Shown here piece after piece: positions 10,720 through 20,242 of a DNA stretch of 64,000 bases. Source of the DNA: Verrucomicrobiia bacterium. Its GTDB lineage: Bacteria > Verrucomicrobiota > Verrucomicrobiia > Palsa-1439. The first letter of the stretch is position 1; each line of letters starts with the position of its first letter. Position numbers and translations under genes: made by a program. The DNA lies in NCBI GenBank assembly GCA_035516795.1, contig DATIZX010000088.1, forward strand, positions 36,750 to 100,749, given 5' to 3'. The notes below the pieces were generated by a model. It made no database searches. It was not told where the DNA came from and worked only from the letters and a program-made list of their open reading frames with translations.

Positions 10720-10866
10720 GGCTCTGTATCTTTCCCGTGGTTTGGTCCCACGGCGTGCGGCGCAAAAGTTTGTCAGCGGGAACGGTCAAAGTCAAAAGAG
10801 ATTTGGCGGTGGCCACTGACCCTTTCCCTTTGGACAACCTGGCGATAATATCCGGTCAATATCATC

Positions 10867-11760
10867 ATGCCCCAAAGTAACATTCTGGTAGGCACGGCCG
10901 GTTGGAGCTACCCCGATTGGCAAAACGTGGTATACCCGCGCACCGATTCTTCGGGACGGTTGCGGGCCGTAGCGGAGTACATGGATTGTGTGGAAGTGGA
11001 CAGTTCCTTTTACCGGCCGCCTACGGCGCAGATGGCGACGAAGTGGCTGCGCACTGTTGGGGACCAGCCGGATTTTCGGTTCTTGGCGAAGGCTTGGCAG
11101 AGGTTCACTCACGACCGCCAAAGTCCATGGTCGCAACCGGAGTTCGACCTGTTTGCCAACGGCCTGTCGCCGTTGCACGAAGCAGAACGGCTGGAGGCGT
11201 TGCTCTTTCAATTCCCCTGGTCGTTCCGCAACGTGCCGGCGAACCGCGACTGGTTGAAGCGGGTTGGCGAGTCGTTTGCAGCATGGCCAGTGGCAATCGA
11301 AGTGCGGCATGATTCATGGCTCGGCGACGAGGTCCAGGATTTCTTCCGCGCCCAACAATTCATTGATTGTAACATCGACCAGCCGGCGTTGGCCCATTGC
11401 CTGCCGCTCAGTGAGTTCGTCACGAGCGGTACCGGCTATTTCCGGTTCCACGGACGCAACGCGGAAAATTGGTTTCGTGACAAGCAGGAAGTGTACGGCG
11501 GCCGGTATGATTATCTGTACGCGGAATCCGAACTCGACGATGTTCTCGCCTGCGTTCGAGCCGTCGCCCAACGGACGAAGAAAACCTTTGTGATCTTCAA
11601 CAATCACAAAGACGGGAAAGCGTTTGCCAACGCGCTGCAATTAAAAGCACGTCTTCAGCCTCAATCAAAGATTCGCGCACCGGCGGCTCTTCTCGCGCGC
11701 TTTCCATCCCTGGGGAAGGGGATCGTGCCGGGTGGCGAAGGACAATTGCCGCTCATTTGA
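10867..11760 (+). CDS. DUF72 domain-containing protein
   Basis: VGTAGWSY, VEVDSSFY, LFQFPWSF, YFRFHGRN, YDYLY, IFNNH motifs. Confidence 0.9.
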   Translation: MPQSNILVGTAGWSYPDWQNVVYPRTDSSGRLRAVAEYMDCVEVDSSFYRPPTAQMATKWLRTVGDQPDFRFLAKAWQRFTHDRQSPWSQPEFDLFANGLSPLHEAERLEALLFQFPWSFRNVPANRDWLKRVGESFAAWPVAIEVRHDSWLGDEVQDFFRAQQFIDCNIDQPALAHCLPLSEFVTSGTGYFRFHGRNAENWFRDKQEVYGGRYDYLYAESELDDVLACVRAVAQRTKKTFVIFNNHKDGKAFANALQLKARLQPQSKIRAPAALLARFPSLGKGIVPGGEGQLPLI

Positions 11761-12815
11761 GGGCGCACCGAGAGAATCTGTTCCAGCGCACGCCGATGAG
11801 CCGCCGGCAAGGCCAGTCGCTCCAGATTTCTGGGGGAGACCCATCGTCGTGCTCCGTCTAATCTCACGTTTAGTCCCACCCGACCGTCAAATATTCGAAG
11901 CGTGATTCTGTGATTGGTGATTGTATGGCGCAGCACCAGTACCGGCTGCCGTGGCTGCGCTCGTTTCCGATCCAATGGCGGCAGCTCCCACATTCCGGCC
12001 AATAATCCCCTTGAAGGACGGCGCTGCAGCAGAATCCGACCGTTGCGCCGCACCAGGACTGCGTCTTGCACAACCAATTTGTGCGCCTGTTGTCTACCGC
12101 GGTTCGGCAGCTCATCCTGCTTGCCTTTCGCTCGGGCAATGCATACGCGATCCATTGGACAGACGGCGCACCGGGGATTTACCGGCGTGCAAACCAACGC
12201 CCCGAGCTCCATCAAGGCCTGATTGAATGTACCGGGATCGCTGACGGGCAGGATCTCGTCGGCCACGGTCCACAGCCACTTCTGCGTTGCCGGCTTCGTC
12301 ACGTCGGCGCGTGAATTGAAGATCCTTGCGAATACGCGAGCGACGTTGCCGTCAACCAGCGGAACGCGCTGGCCAAAGGCGATGCTCGCGATGGCGCCTG
12401 CCGTGTACCGACCGATGCCGGGAAGTCTCTGCAATTCCTCGGCCGTCCGCGGAACTTTTCCATCATGCTGGCGTAGGAGAACTCTTGCCGCCCGGTGGAA
12501 ATTCTTCGCACGGCTGTAGTATCCAAGTCCTTCCCAGAGTTTGAGTACGCGTCCATAAGGCGCTTTTGCGAGGGATTCCACGGTCGGAAAAGCGCGCAGC
12601 CAACGCTCGTAATGGTCGCGCACGGCTTCCACCCGCGTTTGTTGCAGCATAATTTCGCTGACCCAGACTTTGTAGGGATCCCGCGTTTTTCGCCAGGGCA
12701 ACTTCCGATGGTGTCGTTGGTACCAGCGCGAGAGAATGCAGTGGAAAGCGCGTCTGACTTCGGGATTGACCCCGCTCTTGCGTGCCAGAGTGAGGCTGTG
12801 GCATTGTGTCGTCAT
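11661..12815 (-). CDS. mutY: A/G-specific adenine DNA glycosylase MutY
   Basis: RKLPWR, VSEIMLQQTRV, WEGLGYYSRA, HhH LPGIGRYTAGAI, VDGNVAR, [4Fe-4S] C-X6-C-X2-C-X5-C. Confidence 0.95.
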   Translation of the reverse strand: MTTQCHSLTLARKSGVNPEVRRAFHCILSRWYQRHHRKLPWRKTRDPYKVWVSEIMLQQTRVEAVRDHYERWLRAFPTVESLAKAPYGRVLKLWEGLGYYSRAKNFHRAARVLLRQHDGKVPRTAEELQRLPGIGRYTAGAIASIAFGQRVPLVDGNVARVFARIFNSRADVTKPATQKWLWTVADEILPVSDPGTFNQALMELGALVCTPVNPRCAVCPMDRVCIARAKGKQDELPNRGRQQAHKLVVQDAVLVRRNGRILLQRRPSRGLLAGMWELPPLDRKRAQPRQPVLVLRHTITNHRITLRIFDGRVGLNVRLDGARRWVSPRNLERLALPAAHRRALEQILSVRPQMSGNCPSPPGTIPFPRDGKRARRAAGARIFD

Positions 12816-13761
12816 GGCCGAGCGCACATCCTACACATGCCTGCTTCCCGCTGACAAGATTCCGCAATTGAAGGCAGACCTGGAGACGCGAGGATTCATG
12901 TTTCGCGATCTTCCCTACGCGCATTTCGCCGCCGAACATCGACGCGAGAAGGTCAACGTGGCGCTTTACACCAGCGGCAAACTCGTCGTGCAAGGGAAGG
13001 GGACCACCGATTTCGTCCAGTTCTACCTCGAACCGCAATTGCTCGGGGAAGCCAGGCTGGGCTATGAGCACATTCTTGATCCGACGATGCTGGAGCCGCG
13101 TATCGGCGTGGATGAAAGCGGTAAGGGAGATTTCTTCGGGCCGTTAGTGGTCGCCGGCGTGTTCATTGGCGAAGCGGCCGCGCGAAATATGATGGAAATT
13201 GGCGTGCGCGACAGTAAACTGATTAAGAGCGACGCGCGGATCGGTGACATTGCCAAAGAAATTCGCGCCACTCCCGGTTGTTTGGCTGACATTGTTGCCA
13301 TGAGCCCGGAAAAGTACAATCAATTGCACGCCAAGATGCGCAACGTGAACGACATTCTCGGTTGGGGCCACGCCCGCGTGATCGAGAACCTGTTGGAACG
13401 CGTGGACAGCGCCAAGGGCGGCCCCGGCTGTCGCAAGGCGATCTCCGACCAATTTGGGAATAAGCGCATCGTCCAGAGCGCGTTGATGGCTCGCGGCAAG
13501 AAGATCGAATTGGTCCAACGCCATCGAGCCGAGAGCGATCTGGCGGTGGCTGCGGCGTCGATTATTGCTCGTGACGAGTTTGTGAGACGGCTGCGCAAAC
13601 TCGGCAAGGAATTTGGCGTCGAGTTGCCGAAGGGAGCCTCGACGGCGGTCGAGGAAGCCGCCCGGGAATTGGTGTCGAAACATGGACGTGAGGCGTTGGC
13701 GAAGGTGGCCAAAATGCATTTCCGCACCTCACAGAAAGTATTGGAGCAAATGAAATCATGA
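12814..13761 (+). CDS. rnhC: Ribonuclease HIII
   Basis: TBP-like N-terminus (LYTSGKLVVQGK), IGVDESGKGDFFGPLVV, VRDSK, ISDQF, AESDLAVAAASIIAR, KMHF. Confidence 0.93.
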   Translation: MAERTSYTCLLPADKIPQLKADLETRGFMFRDLPYAHFAAEHRREKVNVALYTSGKLVVQGKGTTDFVQFYLEPQLLGEARLGYEHILDPTMLEPRIGVDESGKGDFFGPLVVAGVFIGEAAARNMMEIGVRDSKLIKSDARIGDIAKEIRATPGCLADIVAMSPEKYNQLHAKMRNVNDILGWGHARVIENLLERVDSAKGGPGCRKAISDQFGNKRIVQSALMARGKKIELVQRHRAESDLAVAAASIIARDEFVRRLRKLGKEFGVELPKGASTAVEEAARELVSKHGREALAKVAKMHFRTSQKVLEQMKS

Positions 13762-14222
13762 AAGGCGCGATCATTCTTATTGTGGTTTTGGCAATTGGCT
13801 TTGGCTTGGTCCAGAGCATCAAGCTCTACAAAGCCAAATCCGATTTTACGGAGCGCGTGGACCACGAACTCGATTTCGTCGATAGTTCACCGGTTGCTAC
13901 CGTGAAACACGATCTCGTGCAGGACGCGCAGAATTTCGGCATTCACCTCGTCCCGCAAGACATCCGGGTTTCCATGGAAGATACCGAGCAGCGTACCGTT
14001 GCCCAAAGGCTCGTGGCCAACAAACTCGGGACGCAATTCACCAACAAACGCATCACGATCAGGGTCCACTACACAGCGCGGATCCTCGGAATCCCCTTTG
14101 GTGAGGACATCCTCAGCAGTGAGATCAAACAGGTCGAAGCCCCGCGGATGCCGATGAGTCCTGAAGAGCGGAAGCTGCTCGACCCGACGGGTACATCGGC
14201 GGGAGTGGACACCGGCCAATAA
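13758..14222 (+). CDS. Hypothetical protein with an N-terminal hydrophobic anchor/signal
   Basis: ATGA overlap with the rnhC stop; MKGAIILIVVLAIGFGLV hydrophobic N-terminus. Confidence 0.7.
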   Translation: MKGAIILIVVLAIGFGLVQSIKLYKAKSDFTERVDHELDFVDSSPVATVKHDLVQDAQNFGIHLVPQDIRVSMEDTEQRTVAQRLVANKLGTQFTNKRITIRVHYTARILGIPFGEDILSSEIKQVEAPRMPMSPEERKLLDPTGTSAGVDTGQ

Positions 14223-14239
14223 TCGGTTAGAATCCAGCG

Positions 14240-14470
14240 ATGCCACTCTACGAATTTGTCTGTTCCAAATGCGATAAAGACTTCGAACTACTGGTCCGTT
14301 CGAGCAAGTGGGAGGGGTCTGCCGCCTGCCCGCATTGTGGCTCGAAGAAACTGACCAAGAAACTTTCCGTGTTCGCCTCCTCCGTCGCTTCATCAACTCC
14401 GTCCGCGCCCGCCTGCGGCATGAATCCCGGCGGCGGCTGTGGTTGCTGCGGTCCCCATCACCATCACTGA
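14240..14470 (+). CDS. FmdB-family zinc-ribbon protein
   Basis: MPLYEFVCSKC...CPHCGS..L.KKLSVF plus a Cys-rich tail. Confidence 0.88.
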   Translation: MPLYEFVCSKCDKDFELLVRSSKWEGSAACPHCGSKKLTKKLSVFASSVASSTPSAPACGMNPGGGCGCCGPHHHH

Positions 14471-14702
14471 AGGTTAAGGCCGAAGCATAAGCGCTGGCTG
14501 AAGCCGCGATGATTTACCCGCCGAGCTTCTCATGTGGACTGGGCGGCGGCTGTTTGCGCAAGTCTTTGGCGAGTGCTCTGAGTTTTTCAGTGTTTACGGC
14601 TGTCAATACGCCAACGAGAATGGTTGCCGGCAAGCGTGGCCGCCCGGCAAACAGACTGGTCTGATTGCCGAGGATTTGATAAATGTCAAACTTAGTGTTT
14701 TG

Positions 14703-15416
14703 ATGATGACTGTGGAACGAAGCAAATCTCAACTGTTATCCGCATGGGTTGTCGTCGTGATATTGTTAAGCCTTTTCGGAACGGCTTGCCGCTCCAGTGA
14801 ACCCTCCGACGCAGCGCGGATTCATGCCCGGACGTCCCCCGAACTCGTCGCTTGGCTAGACTGGGAGCAGTTGCCCGAAGACCTCAAGGACCGTGATCCG
14901 GCGTTTGTGGGGGACGTGTGCCGTGAACTCGTTGCTCGACGCGAGGTAGATTTTCTTCTTGCTTCGTTCAATTCCTCAACCAACGACCTTGTCCGCAAGT
15001 GGCTTGTTCGGGACGTGCTGTACCGCATTGACGACCGCAGGATTTACAGTGAGTTCGCGCGTCACATGGATGACAAGGAGACCGAGGAAAGTTATTGCTA
15101 CGCTCTCTATCTGGCTGAACGGGGGGATACCGCCGCACTCGCCACACTCAACAGGCACTATTTCCAGTACACCGCCGAGGGTGGATCCACGGGATGGATA
15201 CCTGCGGTCGAGGCTTTCGGTAAGTACAAGTACCGGCCAGCCGCAAGCAACCTCGTTGAGTCGATCGAGGCCGCGAACCTGCTTCTTGGGGGTGCCTCTT
15301 GCAGCGCCTTGCAGGAGATCTATATAGATTCTCCACGCCACTTCGCTAATCCGGCAGAAGCTCAAAACTATTTTCTCAAAAGGTTGAGCGAATCGGCAAA
15401 TGAACCGCACCGGTAA
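14703..15416 (+). CDS. Hypothetical secreted or lipoprotein-like helical (HEAT-like) protein
   Basis: Long ORF filling the gap; hydrophobic N-terminus ending ...LFGTAC; start moved to ATG 14703. Confidence 0.55.
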   Translation: MMTVERSKSQLLSAWVVVVILLSLFGTACRSSEPSDAARIHARTSPELVAWLDWEQLPEDLKDRDPAFVGDVCRELVARREVDFLLASFNSSTNDLVRKWLVRDVLYRIDDRRIYSEFARHMDDKETEESYCYALYLAERGDTAALATLNRHYFQYTAEGGSTGWIPAVEAFGKYKYRPAASNLVESIEAANLLLGGASCSALQEIYIDSPRHFANPAEAQNYFLKRLSESANEPHR

Positions 15417-15430
15417 GACAGACACGCTGC

Positions 15431-16918
15431 TCAATACTGCGGCACGTTCGGATCGATGCGTTCGGCCCAGGCGTTGATGCCGCCAGCGACGTTCTTGAGC
15501 TTTGGATAACCTTGCGAGCGAAGGAACTTCAAGGCGCGGGCACTGCGGCCACCCATTTTGCAGTGGAGAACGATGAGTTTGTCCTTGGGCAATTCCTTGA
15601 ACCGTTGCGGCAGATCGGGCAACGGCAGTTTCACCGAGCCGTCAATCGTTGAGATCTGGAACTCGTCGGGATTGCGAACGTCCACAAGGATGAAATCTTC
15701 CTTGCGATCTCGCATCTGTTTGAGTTGTTCGACGCTGATGTCGTCGGGACCAAGTCCGTTGTCTTTCTGTTCCACAATAGAATCTCCTGAGGTACCAGCT
15801 TCTTCACCGCGGCCAATGCCGCAGAATTGGTTGTAGTCGATCAGCTCTGTGATCGTCGGATTCTTGCCACAAACAGGGCAGTTCGGGTCGCGCGGAATCT
15901 TGTATTCGCGAAAGCTCATGTCCATCGAGTCAAACCGCAGCAGCCGACCCATGAGCGGTTTGCCTTTGCCAATGATGAGCTTGACGGCTTCGTTCGCCTG
16001 AATGTTGCCGATGATGCCGCAAATGATCCCGAGCACGCCGCCTTCGGCGCAACTTGGCACAAGCCCGGGTGGCGGAGGTTCGGGATACCAGCAACGATAG
16101 CAAGGACCACCCAAGTGCGGGGCGAATACACTGGCCATGCCTTCCCAGCGGAAAATCGAACCGTACACGTTCGGCTTCTTGAGCATCACGCAGGCATCGT
16201 TGACCAGATACCGCGTCGGGAAATTGTCCGTACCGTCGATAACCACATCGTAATCCTTGAGAATGCCGAGTGCGTTTTCGCTGGTCAACTTGACGGGGTA
16301 GGGGATGAAATTGAGATTCGGATTGATCGCCTTGAGCTTTTCCTCGGCGCTCTTGAGTTTGTGTTTGCCCACGTCGCTCGTGAAATGAATGATCTGTCGC
16401 TGGAGATTGCTGAAGTCCACCGTGTCGAAGTCAACCATGCCAATCGTGCCAACGCCGGCGGCAGTGAGGTACAGCGCCAGAGGCGAGCCGAGTCCGCCCG
16501 AGCCGATAAGCAACACCTTCGCAGCCTTGAGCCGCTCTTGGCCTTCCATGCCGACTTCCGGCAGGATCAGGTGGCGCGAGTATCGCTTGATTTCTTCGTT
16601 GGTCAGTTTGGCGCGGTCTTTGATGATGGGATCGAGCTTGGCGAGATTGCCTCCGGCAATGGACGGCACAATGGAGATTTCGTCACCTTCGCCGACCGGT
16701 GCATCATCGCCCTTGGCGCGGATATCCTCGTCGTTCAGGTATACGCGCACGAAATTGCGGAGCTTGCCGTCCTCCGCATAGAGGTGCTGACGGAGTTGGG
16801 CGTATTGCTTGGTAAGATTGTCGAGAACTTCGCTGATCGTTTTGCCGGGAACCTGGACGTTCGCCTGATTGTCGGCAAAACGCCGCAATGCCGTAGGAAT
16901 CGTGACTTTTATCGCCAT
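15431..16918 (-). CDS. Fusion: ubiquitin-like sulfur carrier (CysO/MoaD-like) + MoeB/ThiF adenylyltransferase + rhodanese (MoeZ type)
   Basis: GGAGA RBS then MAIKVTIP. 90-aa beta-grasp domain ending PSIAGG, then RYSRHLIL, IGSGGLGSP, SNLQRQ, PCYRC/CPVC and rhodanese HCKMGGRS. Confidence 0.92.
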   Translation of the reverse strand: MAIKVTIPTALRRFADNQANVQVPGKTISEVLDNLTKQYAQLRQHLYAEDGKLRNFVRVYLNDEDIRAKGDDAPVGEGDEISIVPSIAGGNLAKLDPIIKDRAKLTNEEIKRYSRHLILPEVGMEGQERLKAAKVLLIGSGGLGSPLALYLTAAGVGTIGMVDFDTVDFSNLQRQIIHFTSDVGKHKLKSAEEKLKAINPNLNFIPYPVKLTSENALGILKDYDVVIDGTDNFPTRYLVNDACVMLKKPNVYGSIFRWEGMASVFAPHLGGPCYRCWYPEPPPPGLVPSCAEGGVLGIICGIIGNIQANEAVKLIIGKGKPLMGRLLRFDSMDMSFREYKIPRDPNCPVCGKNPTITELIDYNQFCGIGRGEEAGTSGDSIVEQKDNGLGPDDISVEQLKQMRDRKEDFILVDVRNPDEFQISTIDGSVKLPLPDLPQRFKELPKDKLIVLHCKMGGRSARALKFLRSQGYPKLKNVAGGINAWAERIDPNVPQY

Positions 16919-17129
16919 TTCTATTCTCCAAAACAATTTGGATGTGAATGTCAACCAGACGGTTTCCAAAGAATCCACTGCAATCCGCGGAGCAGTGTAG
17001 CGGATTATTTCGAGATTTCAATAGCCTCTTGGTCAAACCCGTATTCGGCTTTGGGGTGTATGGCCAGGCTTTTGTGTTGCCTACGAGCGAATGATTTGCT
17101 ATGCAATACTGGGTCGGGCGCAGGAAGGC

Positions 17130-18653
17130 ATGAAACACATCGGCTTTATCTGCTTTATTCTTACGGTGGTGGCTGGCGGCGCACGGGGCACCAATCTCTT
17201 GGTCTACAACAATGGCGACAGCGGTCCTGGTTCGTTCCGGCAGGCCATTCTGGATAACAACAATCTCGGCGGCGGCAACACAATCGTCTTCTCCAACATC
17301 GTCGCCGGTACGATCACGCTGACGACCGGGGAATTGCTCATCACCAACAACGCCACGATCATTGGCCCCGGCGCGGATGTGCTCGCCGTCGACGGCAACG
17401 CTGCTGACCGCGTGTTTCATGTAAACAATGGTGTCACCGTCGCGATTTCCGGTTTAACCATCACCAACGGCAACGTGTCGGGTGTCCGTGGTGGCGGGAT
17501 CACCTGTGAGAACTCGACACTCACCGTGAGCAATTGCACCATTAGCGGTAACAACGCTGAATTCGGCGGCGGAATGTCTATTGATGTTTCCACTGGGACG
17601 GTGGCTAACTGCTCAATCAGCGGCAACATGGCGAGTTACGGCGCGGGCATCTATAATTACTATTCCACCTTGACGGTAAGCAACTGCGCCATTAATGGCA
17701 ACGCGGGCGGTGCGGGCGGCGGCTTCTACGATTGGGGCTACTCGGGCAGCGCGGCGCTCACAGTGATTGCCAGCACCCTCAGTAGCAACTCGGCAACGGC
17801 GACGGGGGGCGGTATCTTCAACAACGGCCAATATGGCGACGCGACCCTGACAATTATCGCCAGCACCTTGGTTGATAACTCAGCGAGTTACCAAGGTGGC
17901 GGTATCTACAACTTCACTTGTGCTCCCGGGAGCGCAACACTGACGGTGGTCGCCTGCACTTTTAGCGGCAATTCGGCCACCCATGGCGGGGGCATTCGAA
18001 ACGACGCGTACAGTTGCCCCTTTTTCCGCAGCACCATCGACGGTGACTCGGATATCCGTACCAGTACCGCTAGCGGCGCGACGCTGGAGATTGGCGACAC
18101 CATTCTAAACGCGGGTGCTTTGGGGGAGAACATCGAGAGTCTTTCAGGCACGGTTATTTCAGATGGATACAACCTGAGCAGTGATGGTGCGGGAGGCTAC
18201 TTGACTGCGGTGACTGATCAGATCAACACCGATCCCAAGCTTGGCCCGCTGGCGGATAATGGAGGATCAACAAAAACGATGGCGTTGTTCGTCGGCAGTC
18301 CGGCGATTGATGCTGGCAACAGCTTCGGCCTCGGCACAGACCAGCGAGGAAAGCCGCGATATGATAATCCAAACGTCGCCAACGCCACCGGTGGCGATGG
18401 CGCGGACATCGGCGCTTACGAAGGTTCAGAATTGCGTATCGTCAATGTCCAGAAGACCGGCAATCATTTGCAGTTGGATTTCATCAACTGGCTCGGCACG
18501 AATTACGAAGTTCAAAGTCGGTCGGATATGGTGACCGGCTCGTGGGATTCACTCGGCTTCACCAATGCCGGCAACGGCGGTATCGCCACGATCGTTGTCA
18601 GTAACGCCTTCGGCCAGTCGCAACAGTTCTATCGAATCCACCCGGTACAGTAA
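17130..18653 (+). CDS. Secreted right-handed beta-helix (choice-of-anchor Q-like) protein
   Basis: Signal peptide, [11 protein letters not shown], repeated [46 protein letters not shown]. Confidence 0.82.
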   Translation: MKHIGFICFILTVVAGGARGTNLLVYNNGDSGPGSFRQAILDNNNLGGGNTIVFSNIVAGTITLTTGELLITNNATIIGPGADVLAVDGNAADRVFHVNNGVTVAISGLTITNGNVSGVRGGGITCENSTLTVSNCTISGNNAEFGGGMSIDVSTGTVANCSISGNMASYGAGIYNYYSTLTVSNCAINGNAGGAGGGFYDWGYSGSAALTVIASTLSSNSATATGGGIFNNGQYGDATLTIIASTLVDNSASYQGGGIYNFTCAPGSATLTVVACTFSGNSATHGGGIRNDAYSCPFFRSTIDGDSDIRTSTASGATLEIGDTILNAGALGENIESLSGTVISDGYNLSSDGAGGYLTAVTDQINTDPKLGPLADNGGSTKTMALFVGSPAIDAGNSFGLGTDQRGKPRYDNPNVANATGGDGADIGAYEGSELRIVNVQKTGNHLQLDFINWLGTNYEVQSRSDMVTGSWDSLGFTNAGNGGIATIVVSNAFGQSQQFYRIHPVQ

Positions 18654-18659
18654 CGGCGA

Positions 18660-19091
18660 TTATTCATCGGCGATTTCAACAGTCTCTTGGTCGAACATCG
18701 ACCGATTTTCACGGAGCAACCATGAGTTCGATTCCGCAGCCTTACCCTTCACTATCGAGACGATGAGATAGGAAAAGTTTGGCCATGCATGATCCAGATC
18801 GAATTGGGATGGTCGCGCTGCCACGTCGGGATGCGAATGGTAAATGCCGAGGACTTGGAGCCCGCGCTTATCGGCATCGCGTTCGATCTTGATATAGGCG
18901 AGGGGATCGATGAGATAGCGGTTGCGCGCACTTTCGGTGCCGCTACTGGGCTGGCCGGTGCGCTGATTATCGACCGACACAATCTCCGTGACCACGCCAC
19001 TCTTGCCGAGCATCACACCGCAGCTTTCATTGGGATAACCCGATTCGAGATGCCGATGGATTTGGTCGAGAAGTTTACGTGAGATTTTCAT
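18660..19091 (-). CDS. JAMM/Mov34 (M67 family) metallopeptidase, Mec-like
   Basis: YPNESCG...YHSHPDVAARPSQFD matches the JAMM E-Xn-HSH-X7-S-X2-D motif. Confidence 0.92.
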   Translation of the reverse strand: MKISRKLLDQIHRHLESGYPNESCGVMLGKSGVVTEIVSVDNQRTGQPSSGTESARNRYLIDPLAYIKIERDADKRGLQVLGIYHSHPDVAARPSQFDLDHAWPNFSYLIVSIVKGKAAESNSWLLRENRSMFDQETVEIADE

Positions 19092-19098
19092 ACGGCAC

Positions 19099-19227
19099 TA
19101 AATTCGAACACCGAAGCACGAAGCTCGAAACGATTTCGAAATTCGAATCGGCGAATGTTCCAAGTAGAAGCAGTGCTGTCTCGGGGTGAGGGTTTCATTC
19201 ATCCGGATTTGTTTCGGATTTCGGATT
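19099..19227. repeat. Intergenic element of short TTCGAA/CCGAA-type repeats in inverted arrangement
   Basis: AAATTCGAACACCGAAGCACGAAGCTCGAAACGATTTCGAAATTCGAA ... GGATTTGTTTCGGATTTCGGATT between cysM and the JAMM gene. Confidence 0.6.
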
Positions 19228-19234
19228 GTTCCTC

Positions 19235-20173
19235 CTACTTCTTTTCCCAGAATTTCTCACTCTGATAGCGCGCGCCGCCGTCGGGGCAAATCGCGACAAT
19301 GATGCCTCGGTCGATGGTCGTCGCGAGTTTCATCGCGGCACAGACGGCGGCACCGGCGCTGATGCCGACGTACAGTCCTTCTTCGCGAGTGAGGCGCACG
19401 GCCATTTCCTGCGCGGCTTCGGTCGCGATGCCAATGGTTTGATCGGCAAACTTTGGATCGAAAAGAGCGGGGACATGGGAAGCAGTTTCCAGGTGCTTGA
19501 GGCCTTCCAGTCCATGGAACGGTCCTTCGGGTTGCATGGCTATCAGTTGGATCTGGGGATTGAATTCGCGCAATCGTTTGCCGGTGCCCATCAAGGTGCC
19601 GCTCGTGCCGAGTCCGGCAATAAAATGCGTAATCTCGCCCTTGGTCTGTTCGATAATCTCCACGGCGGTCGTCTCGTAGTGCGCCCGCGGATTTTCCGGG
19701 TTCCCATATTGGTCCGGATAGAAATAGAGATCGGGATGATCCTTGTATAGGCGTTGCGTGGCGAAAAACGCGCCGTCACTGCCTTCCGCGGGATCGGTCA
19801 GCATCAACTCGGCACCGTAGGCGACGAGCAGTTTCTTGCGTTCGACACTGGCATTCGAGGGCATGAGCAATTTTACGTGGTAACCCCGTCGTGCGCCGAT
19901 CATGGCGTACGCGATACCCGTGTTGCCGCTGGTAGCATCCAGGATTGTCTTTTCCTTCGTCATCTGACCCGAGACCTCCGCGGCCCGAATCATCCGGTAA
20001 GCAGGCCGGTCCTTGACGGACCCTCCCGGATTGAGCCACTCCGCTTTGAGGAGGATTTGAACCCGGGGAAATCCTGCGCCAATTCGCACCAAAGGTATCA
20101 AGGGCGTGTGGCCGATGGCGCGCAGTAAGGAATCGGGGTCGTCTTGAGGAAGAAGCGAGACAGGCGAACTCAT
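19235..20173 (-). CDS. cysM: PLP-dependent cysteine synthase (CysM-type)
   Basis: IGHTPL, LKAEWLNPGGSVKDR (PLP Lys), ATSGNTG, GLGTSGT, VGISAGA; GAGGT RBS before ATG 20173. Confidence 0.88.
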   Translation of the reverse strand: MSSPVSLLPQDDPDSLLRAIGHTPLIPLVRIGAGFPRVQILLKAEWLNPGGSVKDRPAYRMIRAAEVSGQMTKEKTILDATSGNTGIAYAMIGARRGYHVKLLMPSNASVERKKLLVAYGAELMLTDPAEGSDGAFFATQRLYKDHPDLYFYPDQYGNPENPRAHYETTAVEIIEQTKGEITHFIAGLGTSGTLMGTGKRLREFNPQIQLIAMQPEGPFHGLEGLKHLETASHVPALFDPKFADQTIGIATEAAQEMAVRLTREEGLYVGISAGAAVCAAMKLATTIDRGIIVAICPDGGARYQSEKFWEKK

Positions 20174-20242
20174 GAAAAACACCTCGAACCACAGAGATAC
20201 AGATGTCTCAGAAGAACTCTGCGTCCTTCTGTATCTGTGTGG

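Noticed and set aside
10780-10793. Possible LexA box (TGTTC-N4-GAACA type) upstream of DUF72
   Set aside because: TGTCAGCGGGAACG has three mismatches in ten positions.
15827-17257. 476-aa plus-strand ORF opposite the Ubl-MoeZ gene
   Set aside because: Antisense shadow with no recognisable domain.
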